Shown: in pieces, positions 28,561 through 37,217 of the stretch | How the letters are laid out: every line of letters starts with the position of its first letter | Position numbering within the stretch: the first letter of the stretch is position 1 | Assembly: GCA_913040915.1 (NCBI GenBank) | Contig: CAJWHW010000002.1 | Span: 22,129-86,128, forward strand | Source of the DNA: an uncultured Fidelibacterota bacterium | GTDB lineage: Bacteria; Fidelibacterota; Marinisomatia; Marinisomatales; UBA1611 | Reading direction: 5' to 3' | DNA length: 64,000 nucleotides | Notes under the pieces: model-generated | The model's database searches: none | What the model saw: only the letters and a program-made list of their open reading frames with translations | Told to the model about the DNA's origin: nothing | Program-made: the position numbers and the translations under genes

Positions 28561-29853
28561 TTATTTTGCCAGTAAATATTCCTTTAGGTCAGAAAATTTT
28601 TTGGACATTTTTATGGATTTTTTTTCTTTTTTTATAGTAATCTGCAATGAATCTGGCAGGGATGTTTTAAATCCAGTAATGGGTTCAATCACATCTGCAA
28701 ATTTCCCCGGGTGGGCTGTGGATAAAACAACTCCCGTTGATATTGAATTTGTTTTCTCTCTATATTTTTTTAATCCCAAGACACCAACTGAAGTGTGTGG
28801 ATCAATCAAATAGCCAAATTCATCTTGAATACTTTTAATAGATTCTTTTGTCTCTTCATCAGGGAAGCTCCAACTGGCAATATCCATTTTTACTTGCCTT
28901 ATATTATCGTGAAATAAGTCTATTATTCGATCCAAATTACTGGGCACACCAACATCCATTGCATTAGATATTGTTTGTACAGCATCTTGATGTTGAATTA
29001 TTCCACTGCTTAAAAAGTGTGGGAAAGTATCATTTGCATTTGTGGAAGCTATAAATTTCTCAACTGGAACTCCCATACGGTTTGCGAAAAGCCCCCCGGT
29101 TAAATTCCCAAAGTTTCCACTAGGAATGCTAAATATTATTGGCTTGTATTTACTGCAGTGTTTCCAAGCCCAGGCATAATAAACCGATTGAGGCAATAGT
29201 CTAGCTATATTAATTGAATTAGCAGAACTTAATGATAAACTACTACGCAAATCGATATCTTGAAAAGAAGCTTTAACTAATCGTTGGCAATCATCAAAGG
29301 AGCCATCTATTTCTAAAGCAGTAATATTGCCACCCAAAGTTGTAATTTGTTTTTCCTGAATGGCACTTACTCGATTGGAAGGATAAAGAATAATAACATC
29401 AATGCCATCTACATTAAAAAAACCGTTTGCAACGGCACTTCCAGTATCACCAGATGTAGCTACTAATATCTTTAACCTATCACCATTATTTTCAAGAAAA
29501 TAAGACATCGTTTGAGCCATAAACCGTGCAGCAAAATCCTTGAAGGCGAGTGTCGGCCCGTGAAATAACTCCAATATAGAATCGGTTTTATTTAATTCTT
29601 TAATTTGCATGGGAAAATTAAATGCCAATTCACAAATATCAGTTAATTGAGCATGTGTTAAATCACCTTCTGTGAATGGATAAATCATACCAACAGCTAA
29701 TTCGGGGTAACTAAAATCAGATTTAAAAAAGTCTATCCCTAATTGAGGAATAGTTGCAGGCATATAAAGTCCACCATCCGGCGCTAATCCATGGAACAAT
29801 GCTTCCTTGAATCCGACTGAAATAGCCTTATTATTTGTACTGTAAAAGCGCAA
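28561..29853 (-). CDS. thrC: threonine synthase
   Basis: 430 aa. It contains GLAPDGGLYMP, HGPTLAFKDFA and ATSGDTGSA. Confidence 0.93.
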   Translation of the reverse strand: MRFYSTNNKAISVGFKEALFHGLAPDGGLYMPATIPQLGIDFFKSDFSYPELAVGMIYPFTEGDLTHAQLTDICELAFNFPMQIKELNKTDSILELFHGPTLAFKDFAARFMAQTMSYFLENNGDRLKILVATSGDTGSAVANGFFNVDGIDVIILYPSNRVSAIQEKQITTLGGNITALEIDGSFDDCQRLVKASFQDIDLRSSLSLSSANSINIARLLPQSVYYAWAWKHCSKYKPIIFSIPSGNFGNLTGGLFANRMGVPVEKFIASTNANDTFPHFLSSGIIQHQDAVQTISNAMDVGVPSNLDRIIDLFHDNIRQVKMDIASWSFPDEETKESIKSIQDEFGYLIDPHTSVGVLGLKKYREKTNSISTGVVLSTAHPGKFADVIEPITGFKTSLPDSLQITIKKEKKSIKMSKKFSDLKEYLLAK

Positions 29854-29856
29854 GTA

Positions 29857-30792
29857 TCAGTCCAAAATTTCCGGTGGTTTTGTATGAATTGGTGTACTAT
29901 AAGCAGTACTTTCAAGTCCAGCGTTTTTAAATGTATTCACCATTATTAGTCCTATTTTCTCCGCAGTCTCTATTGAATCTGATAAAGCGAAAATAGCAGG
30001 CCCAGAGCCAGAAATACCGCAGCCGATTGCCCCGGCATCTATTGCGGATTGTCGAACAGATTTGTAACCGGGTATAAGTTCTGCTCGAACAGGTTCAGCA
30101 AAAAGATCCACCATTGAACGGCTCAAAAGATCAAAATCAGATTTATGAAGGCCTAAAGTAAAACCTGCCAAGTTTCCGGCCTGCTCAACTGCAGATTTTA
30201 AAGAAACTCGTTTAGGTAGCATACGCCGTGCGTCAAGAGTATTCACGCTAAAATCAGGTAATACTGCTGTACTGAATAAATTTTTTGGAACTGGTAAATT
30301 CAGAACATCTAAAGGTTCATAACTGCGAATCAGGATGATTCCGCCGAAAAGAGCAGGTGCAATATTATCTGCATGTAATCCACCCGATGCAACTGCTTCT
30401 CCTGCCATACCATGAGCTAACAATTCACTATTTTTGAATGGATTATTCAATAATTCATTTAAACCCACAACAGCTGCAGCTGCACTGGCAGAACTAGAAC
30501 CCAACCCGCTTCCTGGTGGAATACCTTTTTCAATATGAACCTTAAATCCTTGATTACTACCCAAAGTATCAAGAAAAGATAATATAGCTTTACCTGCAGT
30601 ATTATTTTCAGGATTAACAGGGATTGATTCATATTTTATACCCGAAATTGAAATTTCTATTACCGATTTTTCATGTTTTTTAATTGTAACAATATCTCCC
30701 GGTTTTGTAATGGCGTAACCAATACAATCAAAACCGCAAGATACGTTAGCGACTGAAGCCGTTGCTTGGACTCGAATTGAATTATTGAACAT
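29857..30792 (-). CDS. thrB: homoserine kinase
   Basis: It contains the GHMP kinase motif PPGSGLGSSSASAAA. I prefer the ATG at 30792 (MFNNSIRVQATASVANVSCGFD). The ORF-track start at 30876 would run about 95 nt into asd. Confidence 0.9.
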   Translation of the reverse strand: MFNNSIRVQATASVANVSCGFDCIGYAITKPGDIVTIKKHEKSVIEISISGIKYESIPVNPENNTAGKAILSFLDTLGSNQGFKVHIEKGIPPGSGLGSSSASAAAAVVGLNELLNNPFKNSELLAHGMAGEAVASGGLHADNIAPALFGGIILIRSYEPLDVLNLPVPKNLFSTAVLPDFSVNTLDARRMLPKRVSLKSAVEQAGNLAGFTLGLHKSDFDLLSRSMVDLFAEPVRAELIPGYKSVRQSAIDAGAIGCGISGSGPAIFALSDSIETAEKIGLIMVNTFKNAGLESTAYSTPIHTKPPEILD

Positions 30793-31888
30793 GGATATAT
30801 CCTTTTTGAACAAGTAGTTCTGCCATAAGAATGGCACCACCAGCGGCACCTCGAACTGTATTGTGCGACAATCCAATAAATCGAATATTAAAAAACATAT
30901 CCTCTGTTATTCGCCCAACTGTTACAGTCATGCCATTTCCCAAATCTCGATCTAATTTAGGTTGGGGACGATCTATTTCATCCAAAACAATAATAGGAAT
31001 TTTTGGGGCTGATGGGAAATGCATAGCTTGTGGTTCTCCTATAAATGAAGATAAAATTAATTTGAACTCATCTATAGTAGGGGCAATATCAACAAATCCA
31101 ATATGTACTACAGCAGTATGTCCATCTATTACTGGTACACGTGTACATACTGCATTTATAGCTAATCCCTTGAATTGCTCAATACCGCTTTCCGTTACTT
31201 CACCAAATATTTTTAATGGTTCTTTTTCTGTCTTTTCTTCTTCTCCACCAATATAGGGTACAACATTATCTTTTAAATCTGGATTGGTTAATGCTTTATA
31301 GCCAGCACCTGACAATGCTTGAAGGGTGGTCACTTGTACGCGATCCACCGGAAACCCTGCTTGTTTTAATGCTTCTAAAACAATAATATATGATTGAATT
31401 GAACAATTAGGTTTAACTGCTACAAAACCAGAGTTTGGTAAATTTCGAATCATCTGTTGGATAGGAATCACCTCTGCATGATGAGGATTTATTTCAGGAA
31501 TGATCATAGGTACATCACGGGTTTGACGATTAGCAGAACTAGTGGAAATAACAGCGTATCCTTTTTTTGCATACCCAAATTCAAAATCACGTGTATCCTG
31601 TTTTTTTTGTAAGTCTAACGCAGAAAATACACAGACTACATCCTCAGGTATTGATTCAAAATCATTCACATCCCGAACAATCAAGTTAGCAATTGAATCA
31701 GGAATCTGTGTATCTATAGCCCATTTCTCACTAGTTGCTTCCCTGTAAGTTTTTCCGGAAGAATGCTTGGATGCAGCAACGTCTATAACGTCAAACCATG
31801 GGTGGTTTTCCAATAATTTTAAGAAGTTTTGACCGACCATTCCAGTAGCACCTAAAACACTTACTTTAATATTTTTTTTTAGTAACAT
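30782..31888 (-). CDS. asd: aspartate-semialdehyde dehydrogenase
   Basis: 368 aa. It contains VLGATGMVGQ and the active-site region KPNCSIQ. It overlaps the thrA stop by 10 nt. Confidence 0.9.
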   Translation of the reverse strand: MLLKKNIKVSVLGATGMVGQNFLKLLENHPWFDVIDVAASKHSSGKTYREATSEKWAIDTQIPDSIANLIVRDVNDFESIPEDVVCVFSALDLQKKQDTRDFEFGYAKKGYAVISTSSANRQTRDVPMIIPEINPHHAEVIPIQQMIRNLPNSGFVAVKPNCSIQSYIIVLEALKQAGFPVDRVQVTTLQALSGAGYKALTNPDLKDNVVPYIGGEEEKTEKEPLKIFGEVTESGIEQFKGLAINAVCTRVPVIDGHTAVVHIGFVDIAPTIDEFKLILSSFIGEPQAMHFPSAPKIPIIVLDEIDRPQPKLDRDLGNGMTVTVGRITEDMFFNIRFIGLSHNTVRGAAGGAILMAELLVQKGYIHVQ

Positions 31889-34263
31889 TTTAAAATATCT
31901 CCTAATACACCAGCAGCAGTGACTTCAGCTCCGGCACCATGTCCTTTTATAACCATGGGGGTATCTTTATATCTTTTAGTCGTAAACATAATAAAGTTTT
32001 CACGTCCATTTTGATGATAAAAAGGGTTTTTAATTCCCACTGCTTTCAATTTCACTGTTACATTTTGCCCATCCCAGGTGGCAATATATCGTAACGCCTT
32101 ATCCTCTCTAGAAGCTGAAATATACATGTTTAAAAATTGGTCATCATATTTGGATAATTGCTCTAAAAACTCATCAATGGAAAATGCCGGATCCATATTT
32201 TCTGGAATTAAGCTTTGAATAGATACATCATCAAACTCTAATTGTGCACCAGTCTCTCGGGCCAAAATGAGAATTTTTCTTCCCACATCCACACCATTCA
32301 AGTCATCTCTTGGGTCTGGTTCTGTGTACCCGTTTTCCTGTGCATATTTTACCAACTTACTAAATGCAATTGAACCATCAAATCGACTGAATAAATAGCT
32401 TAGCGTCCCAGACATAATTCCTTCAATTTTTTCAACTGTATCACCTGTTGCCAATAAAGTTTGTAATGTTTCAACAATAGGGAGACCTGCGCCAACATTT
32501 GTTTCATATTTAAATTGAGAACCGGCAGCATTTGAATTTTCACGAATTAAATCATAATAATTCTGATTCATGGAATTGGCCAGTTTGCTAGCAGATACAA
32601 CAGAAATTCCTTTTTTTAAAATGTTTGCTATTTTTTTTGCGATTATAGGTGATGATGTTACATCCACAAATACGGGGTTAAGAGACTGAGCTGCATAAGA
32701 AATAAATGATTCTAAATCGACTGTATCACCACTTGCTAATTCTTCTACATAATTTTGGGAATCTAATCCATTTGGATTAATAATCATTTTTTGACTATTT
32801 ATTATACCGCATATATTTATGGAATTATTATCCTGAATTAACTTTATTAAATCTGAGCCAACCAACCCAACCCCAGCAATAAATACATTTATAATAGCAT
32901 TGTTTGAAAAAATATATTGATGCAAAGATCGAATGGCTGATTTGACTTCATCATTTTTAATAATAAAGGATATATTTCTTTCCGAAGATCCTTGAGCAAT
33001 AGCAACCACATTCACATTTTTTTCTCCAAGAACGGAAAATAGTTTCCCGGAAATTCCAGGTGTATGGCGCATCCCCTCGCCTACAACAGCAATGAGAGAA
33101 AGATCATTTTCAATATTAATAGTATCTATAAAATGGTTTTTCAGTTCAAACAAAAATTCTTTCTTCAAAAGTGATTCAGCTAGATCAACTTCTTTAGGTT
33201 GGATAGCAAAACAAATGGAATGCTCGCTAAACACTTGAGATACAAGAATAATATTTATTTTCTTTTTGGCTAGTGCATCAAATACACGTCCAATAACTCC
33301 AAAACGTCCCACCATACCGGCTCCTTGGAATCGGATTAAGGAAACATTATACAAAGATGAGATACCCACGGCAAAATGGTCATCCCTTGCACGGTCCTGT
33401 GTAATAGCCGTTCCTGGATTATCCGGTTCAAATGTATTTTTAATACGGATCGGAATAGATTTATATAAAGCAGGAATCATAGTGGGTGGGAAAATAACTT
33501 TTGCCCCGGCATGAGCCAATTCCATGGCTTCTTCATAAGTAATATGAGAAATGGTTTTTGCATCAAAAACCACATTGGGATCGGCAGACAAAATACCGTT
33601 TACATCAGTCCAGATTTCTATTTCATTTACATCTAAAGCAGCGCCAAAAATGGATGCGGTATAGTCTGAACCGCTCCTTCCAAAAGTTGTTGTTTCTCCT
33701 AATTCAGTGGCACCAATGAATCCAGTAATTATCCTTGTTTTTGATTCATCTTTCCATTCATTACGAATATTATTGTAAGATTTTTGATAATGAACAAATG
33801 CATTTCCGAAATGATCATCTGTTAAAATAACCTTTCGCGCATCCAAATATGTTGCATTTATTCCTTTTTCGATACATACTTCCGTAATAATTATTGCAGA
33901 TAATTGCTCACCAATACTTAGTGCTGCATCTTTTAATTGCAGTGTACATTTTTTCTTTTTGGCAATTGTACTTAATATAAGACATAATTCATTTTCTATT
34001 TCTTGGATAGTATTAAACAATAGTTCTTTTTCAAGATGAAGATCATGAATAGTTTTCCGATGCCTATCAAAAAACAATTGTAAATCATTATTATAATCAG
34101 CGTCCCGTTCTGCACATGAGATTAATTGAATGAGTTGATCCGTAATGCCACCAAACGCAGATACAACTACACCACATGGATGTTCAGATGAAATAAGCTG
34201 CACCACTTGCTCAATTCGTTGGGACGTTTTTACGGATGATCCGCCAAATTTGAGAATTTTCAT
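31879..34263 (-). CDS. thrA: bifunctional aspartokinase / homoserine dehydrogenase
   Basis: 794 aa. The N-terminus MKILKFGGSSV is an amino-acid kinase. Central ACT-like repeats are followed by a C-terminal homoserine dehydrogenase (GAGLPIVETL, TEPDPRDDLNG-DV). Confidence 0.93.
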   Translation of the reverse strand: MKILKFGGSSVKTSQRIEQVVQLISSEHPCGVVVSAFGGITDQLIQLISCAERDADYNNDLQLFFDRHRKTIHDLHLEKELLFNTIQEIENELCLILSTIAKKKKCTLQLKDAALSIGEQLSAIIITEVCIEKGINATYLDARKVILTDDHFGNAFVHYQKSYNNIRNEWKDESKTRIITGFIGATELGETTTFGRSGSDYTASIFGAALDVNEIEIWTDVNGILSADPNVVFDAKTISHITYEEAMELAHAGAKVIFPPTMIPALYKSIPIRIKNTFEPDNPGTAITQDRARDDHFAVGISSLYNVSLIRFQGAGMVGRFGVIGRVFDALAKKKINIILVSQVFSEHSICFAIQPKEVDLAESLLKKEFLFELKNHFIDTINIENDLSLIAVVGEGMRHTPGISGKLFSVLGEKNVNVVAIAQGSSERNISFIIKNDEVKSAIRSLHQYIFSNNAIINVFIAGVGLVGSDLIKLIQDNNSINICGIINSQKMIINPNGLDSQNYVEELASGDTVDLESFISYAAQSLNPVFVDVTSSPIIAKKIANILKKGISVVSASKLANSMNQNYYDLIRENSNAAGSQFKYETNVGAGLPIVETLQTLLATGDTVEKIEGIMSGTLSYLFSRFDGSIAFSKLVKYAQENGYTEPDPRDDLNGVDVGRKILILARETGAQLEFDDVSIQSLIPENMDPAFSIDEFLEQLSKYDDQFLNMYISASREDKALRYIATWDGQNVTVKLKAVGIKNPFYHQNGRENFIMFTTKRYKDTPMVIKGHGAGAEVTAAGVLGDILKCY

Positions 34264-34337
34264 TTTAATACTAATTAAATAGGTTTATCGTTAGTCGAAA
34301 TATTACGGTTAATAAAAGTTTTACATGCTAAAAAGTG

Positions 34338-34517
34338 CTAATTGGAAATCAAAATATTACCAAATTCCTTTAATGAGAATAGGTTCACAGCATGATCCGC
34401 ATTGTTGAATATATATGATGTTGAAGAAAAAATTCGGACTGCTCTAGCGTTTGTGCCTGCCATCGGTTCCTGCCTGGTATGGAACTGTAATTTATCAAAA
34501 TGATTATTATTGCACAT
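34338..34517 (-). CDS. possible 59-aa small ORF between the SAM riboswitch and thrA (uncertain)
   Basis: It falls below the ORF-track size cut-off. The minus strand reads AAGGAAAAATATCT-ATG TGC AAT AAT AAT..., which is MCNNNHFDKLQFHTRQEPMAGTNARAVRIFSSTSYIFNNADHAVNLFSLKEFGNILISN. It has an SD-like AAGGA 9 nt upstream. No homology recognised. Confidence 0.2.
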   Translation of the reverse strand: MCNNNHFDKLQFHTRQEPMAGTNARAVRIFSSTSYIFNNADHAVNLFSLKEFGNILISN

Positions 34518-34657
34518 AGATATTTTTCCTTATTTTGTGTTATTTATTGGTTTGTTACTAATATTTATGAATTAGTTATTCATAATAAATACAAAACGTA
34601 ATTGATAGCTTGTTGGGATAATATGTTAGAGGGCAAGAGACATTACAGCAGTATCTG

Positions 34658-34770
34658 TCTTATCAGTCTTCTAAAAAACTCGAAGCAGGAATTAGCACCT
34701 TGAACCGCATTGTACGGAGATGGTTGCTAAGGTATCTTAGGGCCTGATCCCTCCACCTTTCTGGATAAAA
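34658..34770 (-). promoter_or_regulatory. SAM-I (S-box) riboswitch
   Basis: The minus strand reads UUUUAUCCAGAAAGGUGGAGGGAUCAGGCCCUAAGAUACCUUAGCAACCAUCUCCGUACAAUGCGGUUCAAGGUGCUAAUUCCUGCUUCGAGUUUUUUAGAAGACUGAUAAGA. It matches the S-box core elements AUC-AGA-GG-GGAGGGA--GGCCC--GA--CC--GCAACC...AAGGUGCUAAUUCC-GC...GAUAAG. The P1 halves UUAUC(C)AG and CUGAUAA pair with each other. Confidence 0.85.
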
Positions 34771-34964
34771 TCCGGTACTGATCTGTCAAAAAGCATAAAA
34801 AACTTCTTTTAAATGTTAAATATGAAAATAAAATAATGCAAGATAACATTAATATATTTAACTATACTCCATCATTTTCTATAATTTTTTTATAAATAAA
34901 AGGAATATGATTTATATTTGAATGTTGCCCTTTATAAGAATTTGTTATAAACTTTTAGCCAATT

Positions 34965-35048
34965 ATGAACATACGACGACGCCATAACCATCATCTTAAC
35001 ACTTTGATTAATAACAATAATAATATGAGTGGGGGCGAAGCTTTGTAA
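34965..35048 (+). CDS. Asn-codon leader peptide (27 aa) upstream of asnB
   Basis: The sequence ATG AAC ATA CGA CGA CGC CAT AAC CAT CAT CTT AAC ACT TTG ATT AAT AAC AAT AAT AAT ATG AGT GGG GGC GAA GCT TTG TAA encodes MNIRRRHNHHLNTLINNNNNMSGGEAL. It has 8 Asn, five of them consecutive (35010-35024). Confidence 0.6.
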   Translation: MNIRRRHNHHLNTLINNNNNMSGGEAL

Positions 35049-35073
35049 CCATAAGGTTAAGCTTTAATAAAAA

Positions 35074-35108
35074 CCTCCAGGGATTTTAATTCATGGGGGT
35101 TTTTTTTT
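35074..35108 (+). terminator. intrinsic terminator of the candidate asnB attenuator
   Basis: CCTCCA (35074-35079) pairs with TGGGGG (35094-35099) in a 6-bp stem with one G-U pair and a 14-nt loop. It is followed directly by T9 (35100-35108), 23 nt before the asnB ATG. Confidence 0.7.
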
Positions 35109-35131
35109 ATATCAAATAAAAGGAAAAAATT

Positions 35132-36721
35132 ATGTGTGGCATATTTTTATATAAAGGTAGAAAACAAGATTGGAATTCATTGGAACCTGATATTAAACGG
35201 ATTGGTTATCGCGGCCCAGATAATACACACCATGAAATGATTGGCAATGATATATTATTAGCTTTCCATCGATTAGCTATCATGGGCACAAGTGAAATGG
35301 GCGATCAACCGATGAAACATCCCAATGATGCTTCGCTCACTCTGATCTGTAATGGTGAAATTTATAATTATAAAAATTTAGCTAAAAAATATAGCTTTAA
35401 TTTGAAGACAGGCTCTGATTGTGAAATTATTTTATTCATGTTTAAACAATTTGGTATTCAAAGAACTGTAAAGGAATTAGATGGCGTTTTCATGTTCGTA
35501 TTATATGAAGCAAATACTGGTCTACTTTTTGCTGGCCGGGATCCCATGGGTGTTCGTCCGGGGTTTATCGGTCGAAATGGAGATGAGATTATGATTGCAT
35601 CAGAAGCAAAATCCATGGTGAATCATTCTTCAAGTATTATTCCATTTCCCCCAGGGCATTGGTGGTGTTCGAACCTTTCAGATATATTCAATCCTTATTT
35701 TCTTTATAATAAAATCAAAATTCAAGAAAACACCGAAGAAGATATTTGTAATAAAATCCAGTTATTATTAACAGCTGCAGTTAAGAAACGGCTTATGACA
35801 GAACGTGATATTGGGTGTTTATTATCTGGTGGTTTGGATTCGAGTTTAATTTGTGCTCTTGTGAATAAGTATTATGAAGGACCAAAACTAAATACATTTT
35901 CTATTGGACTTGTAGGGAGCATTGACCTTGAATATGCACAAGATGTGTCCTCTCATTTGAAATCAAAACACCACCAGATAGAAGTATCTCAAAATGAGTT
36001 TTTAGATGCAATTGAAACTGTGATTTATAATATTGAATCTTATGATACTACTACAGTCAGAGCCAGTGTAGGCAATTACCTCGTTTCAAAATATATTTCA
36101 GATAATTCTGATTGCAAGGTGATTTTTAACGGTGATGGCAGTGATGAGGTATGTTGTGGATATGTATATTTAAGGAATGCACCATCACCAGTTGATTTGC
36201 AAAAAGAAAATGAAAGGCTGGTTGAAGAGATTCATTATTTTGATGTGCTGCGCTCAGACCGCAGTATTAGTTCTAATGGTTTGGAAGCACGGACGCCTTT
36301 TTTGGATAAAACATTTGTGAAGTATTATTTATCAATTCCTGCGGAATTAAAGTTATTTGATGGGGCACAAAGATTAGAAAAATATTTATTAAGAAAAGCT
36401 TTTGATGATCAGGGACTTTTACCAGATAAAGTTTTATGGCGTCGGAAATGTGCTTTTTCAGATGGTGTAAGTTCGCAGAATAATTCCTGGCATCATATTA
36501 TCCAATCATTTGTAGACCAAAAAATTAGTGATGAAGAATTTCAGCGAGAAAGCACTAAGATCACACATTGCACTCCTCAATTAAAAGAGAGTTATTACTA
36601 TCGTAAAGTATTCAATAGCTTCTTTGAGAATCATGAGAATTTAATTCCTCATTTCTGGATGCCTAAGTGGTCCAATACGATAGACCCTTCAGCTAGAGAA
36701 TTAAGTGGGTACAAAGAATAA
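35132..36721 (+). CDS. asnB: asparagine synthetase (glutamine-hydrolysing)
   Basis: 529 aa. The N-terminal nucleophile MCGI is present, with the PP-loop LLSGGLDSS. An SD, AAAGGA, lies 7 nt upstream. Confidence 0.93.
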   Translation: MCGIFLYKGRKQDWNSLEPDIKRIGYRGPDNTHHEMIGNDILLAFHRLAIMGTSEMGDQPMKHPNDASLTLICNGEIYNYKNLAKKYSFNLKTGSDCEIILFMFKQFGIQRTVKELDGVFMFVLYEANTGLLFAGRDPMGVRPGFIGRNGDEIMIASEAKSMVNHSSSIIPFPPGHWWCSNLSDIFNPYFLYNKIKIQENTEEDICNKIQLLLTAAVKKRLMTERDIGCLLSGGLDSSLICALVNKYYEGPKLNTFSIGLVGSIDLEYAQDVSSHLKSKHHQIEVSQNEFLDAIETVIYNIESYDTTTVRASVGNYLVSKYISDNSDCKVIFNGDGSDEVCCGYVYLRNAPSPVDLQKENERLVEEIHYFDVLRSDRSISSNGLEARTPFLDKTFVKYYLSIPAELKLFDGAQRLEKYLLRKAFDDQGLLPDKVLWRRKCAFSDGVSSQNNSWHHIIQSFVDQKISDEEFQRESTKITHCTPQLKESYYYRKVFNSFFENHENLIPHFWMPKWSNTIDPSARELSGYKE

Positions 36722-36816
36722 ATTATTTAATTATATTAATAATAAAATAAAATATATTTATTATTTGTTAAATTAAATTAAATGAATAATATTATAGACA
36801 GGAAATAATTAAAATA

Positions 36817-36984
36817 ATGTACGATACTGCAATAAATAAAATTAGCATTACGGGGATGAAGCCAATTGGGCTTTGTGACCGCGAAATTCTATGCCAAATG
36901 GTTACTATATTGCAATCCATTATTCGGTACCTAAGTATATCAATTTTGGTACTTATTATTACCTTCGCCGTTTTGATCGCCTAG
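36817..36984 (+). CDS. Ile/Leu/Val-rich short ORF upstream of ilvB (candidate ilv leader peptide or small membrane peptide)
   Basis: 55 codons, below the ORF-track cut-off: MYDTAINKISITGMKPIGLCDREILCQMVTILQSIIRYLSISILVLIITFAVLIA. From the internal ATG at 36898 it gives a 28-aa peptide with 16 Ile/Leu/Val residues, including ISILVLII. No downstream intrinsic terminator was found. Confidence 0.3.
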   Translation: MYDTAINKISITGMKPIGLCDREILCQMVTILQSIIRYLSISILVLIITFAVLIA

Positions 36985-37217
36985 TTAAAACAAATACATT
37001 CAGGTGATTCAAACGGTGAAAAAACTCTCCCCGATTAATTAGTCCATCCCTGAAGTATCTAATCTGGCAATTCGAACTGGTAAAATAGTTTGCGTAGTAT
37101 TTATTGTTGCGTTGAAAAAGGGACTTGATGAGTTTAGATCAAATAAAGTAGGATTTGAACATGCGTCCCACAGAAGCCCTTTGCGGGCTGCGAGCACAGT
37201 ATTAAAGTAGTGGAGAC

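Noticed and set aside
37118-37200. tRNA-like (GGATTTGAAC) and hammerhead-like (TTGATGAG) strings in the ilvB leader.
   Set aside because: No acceptor, T-arm or anticodon arm can be paired around the TTCAAAT-like string. The hammerhead core requires CUGAUGA plus GAAA in the correct helical context, and neither is present.
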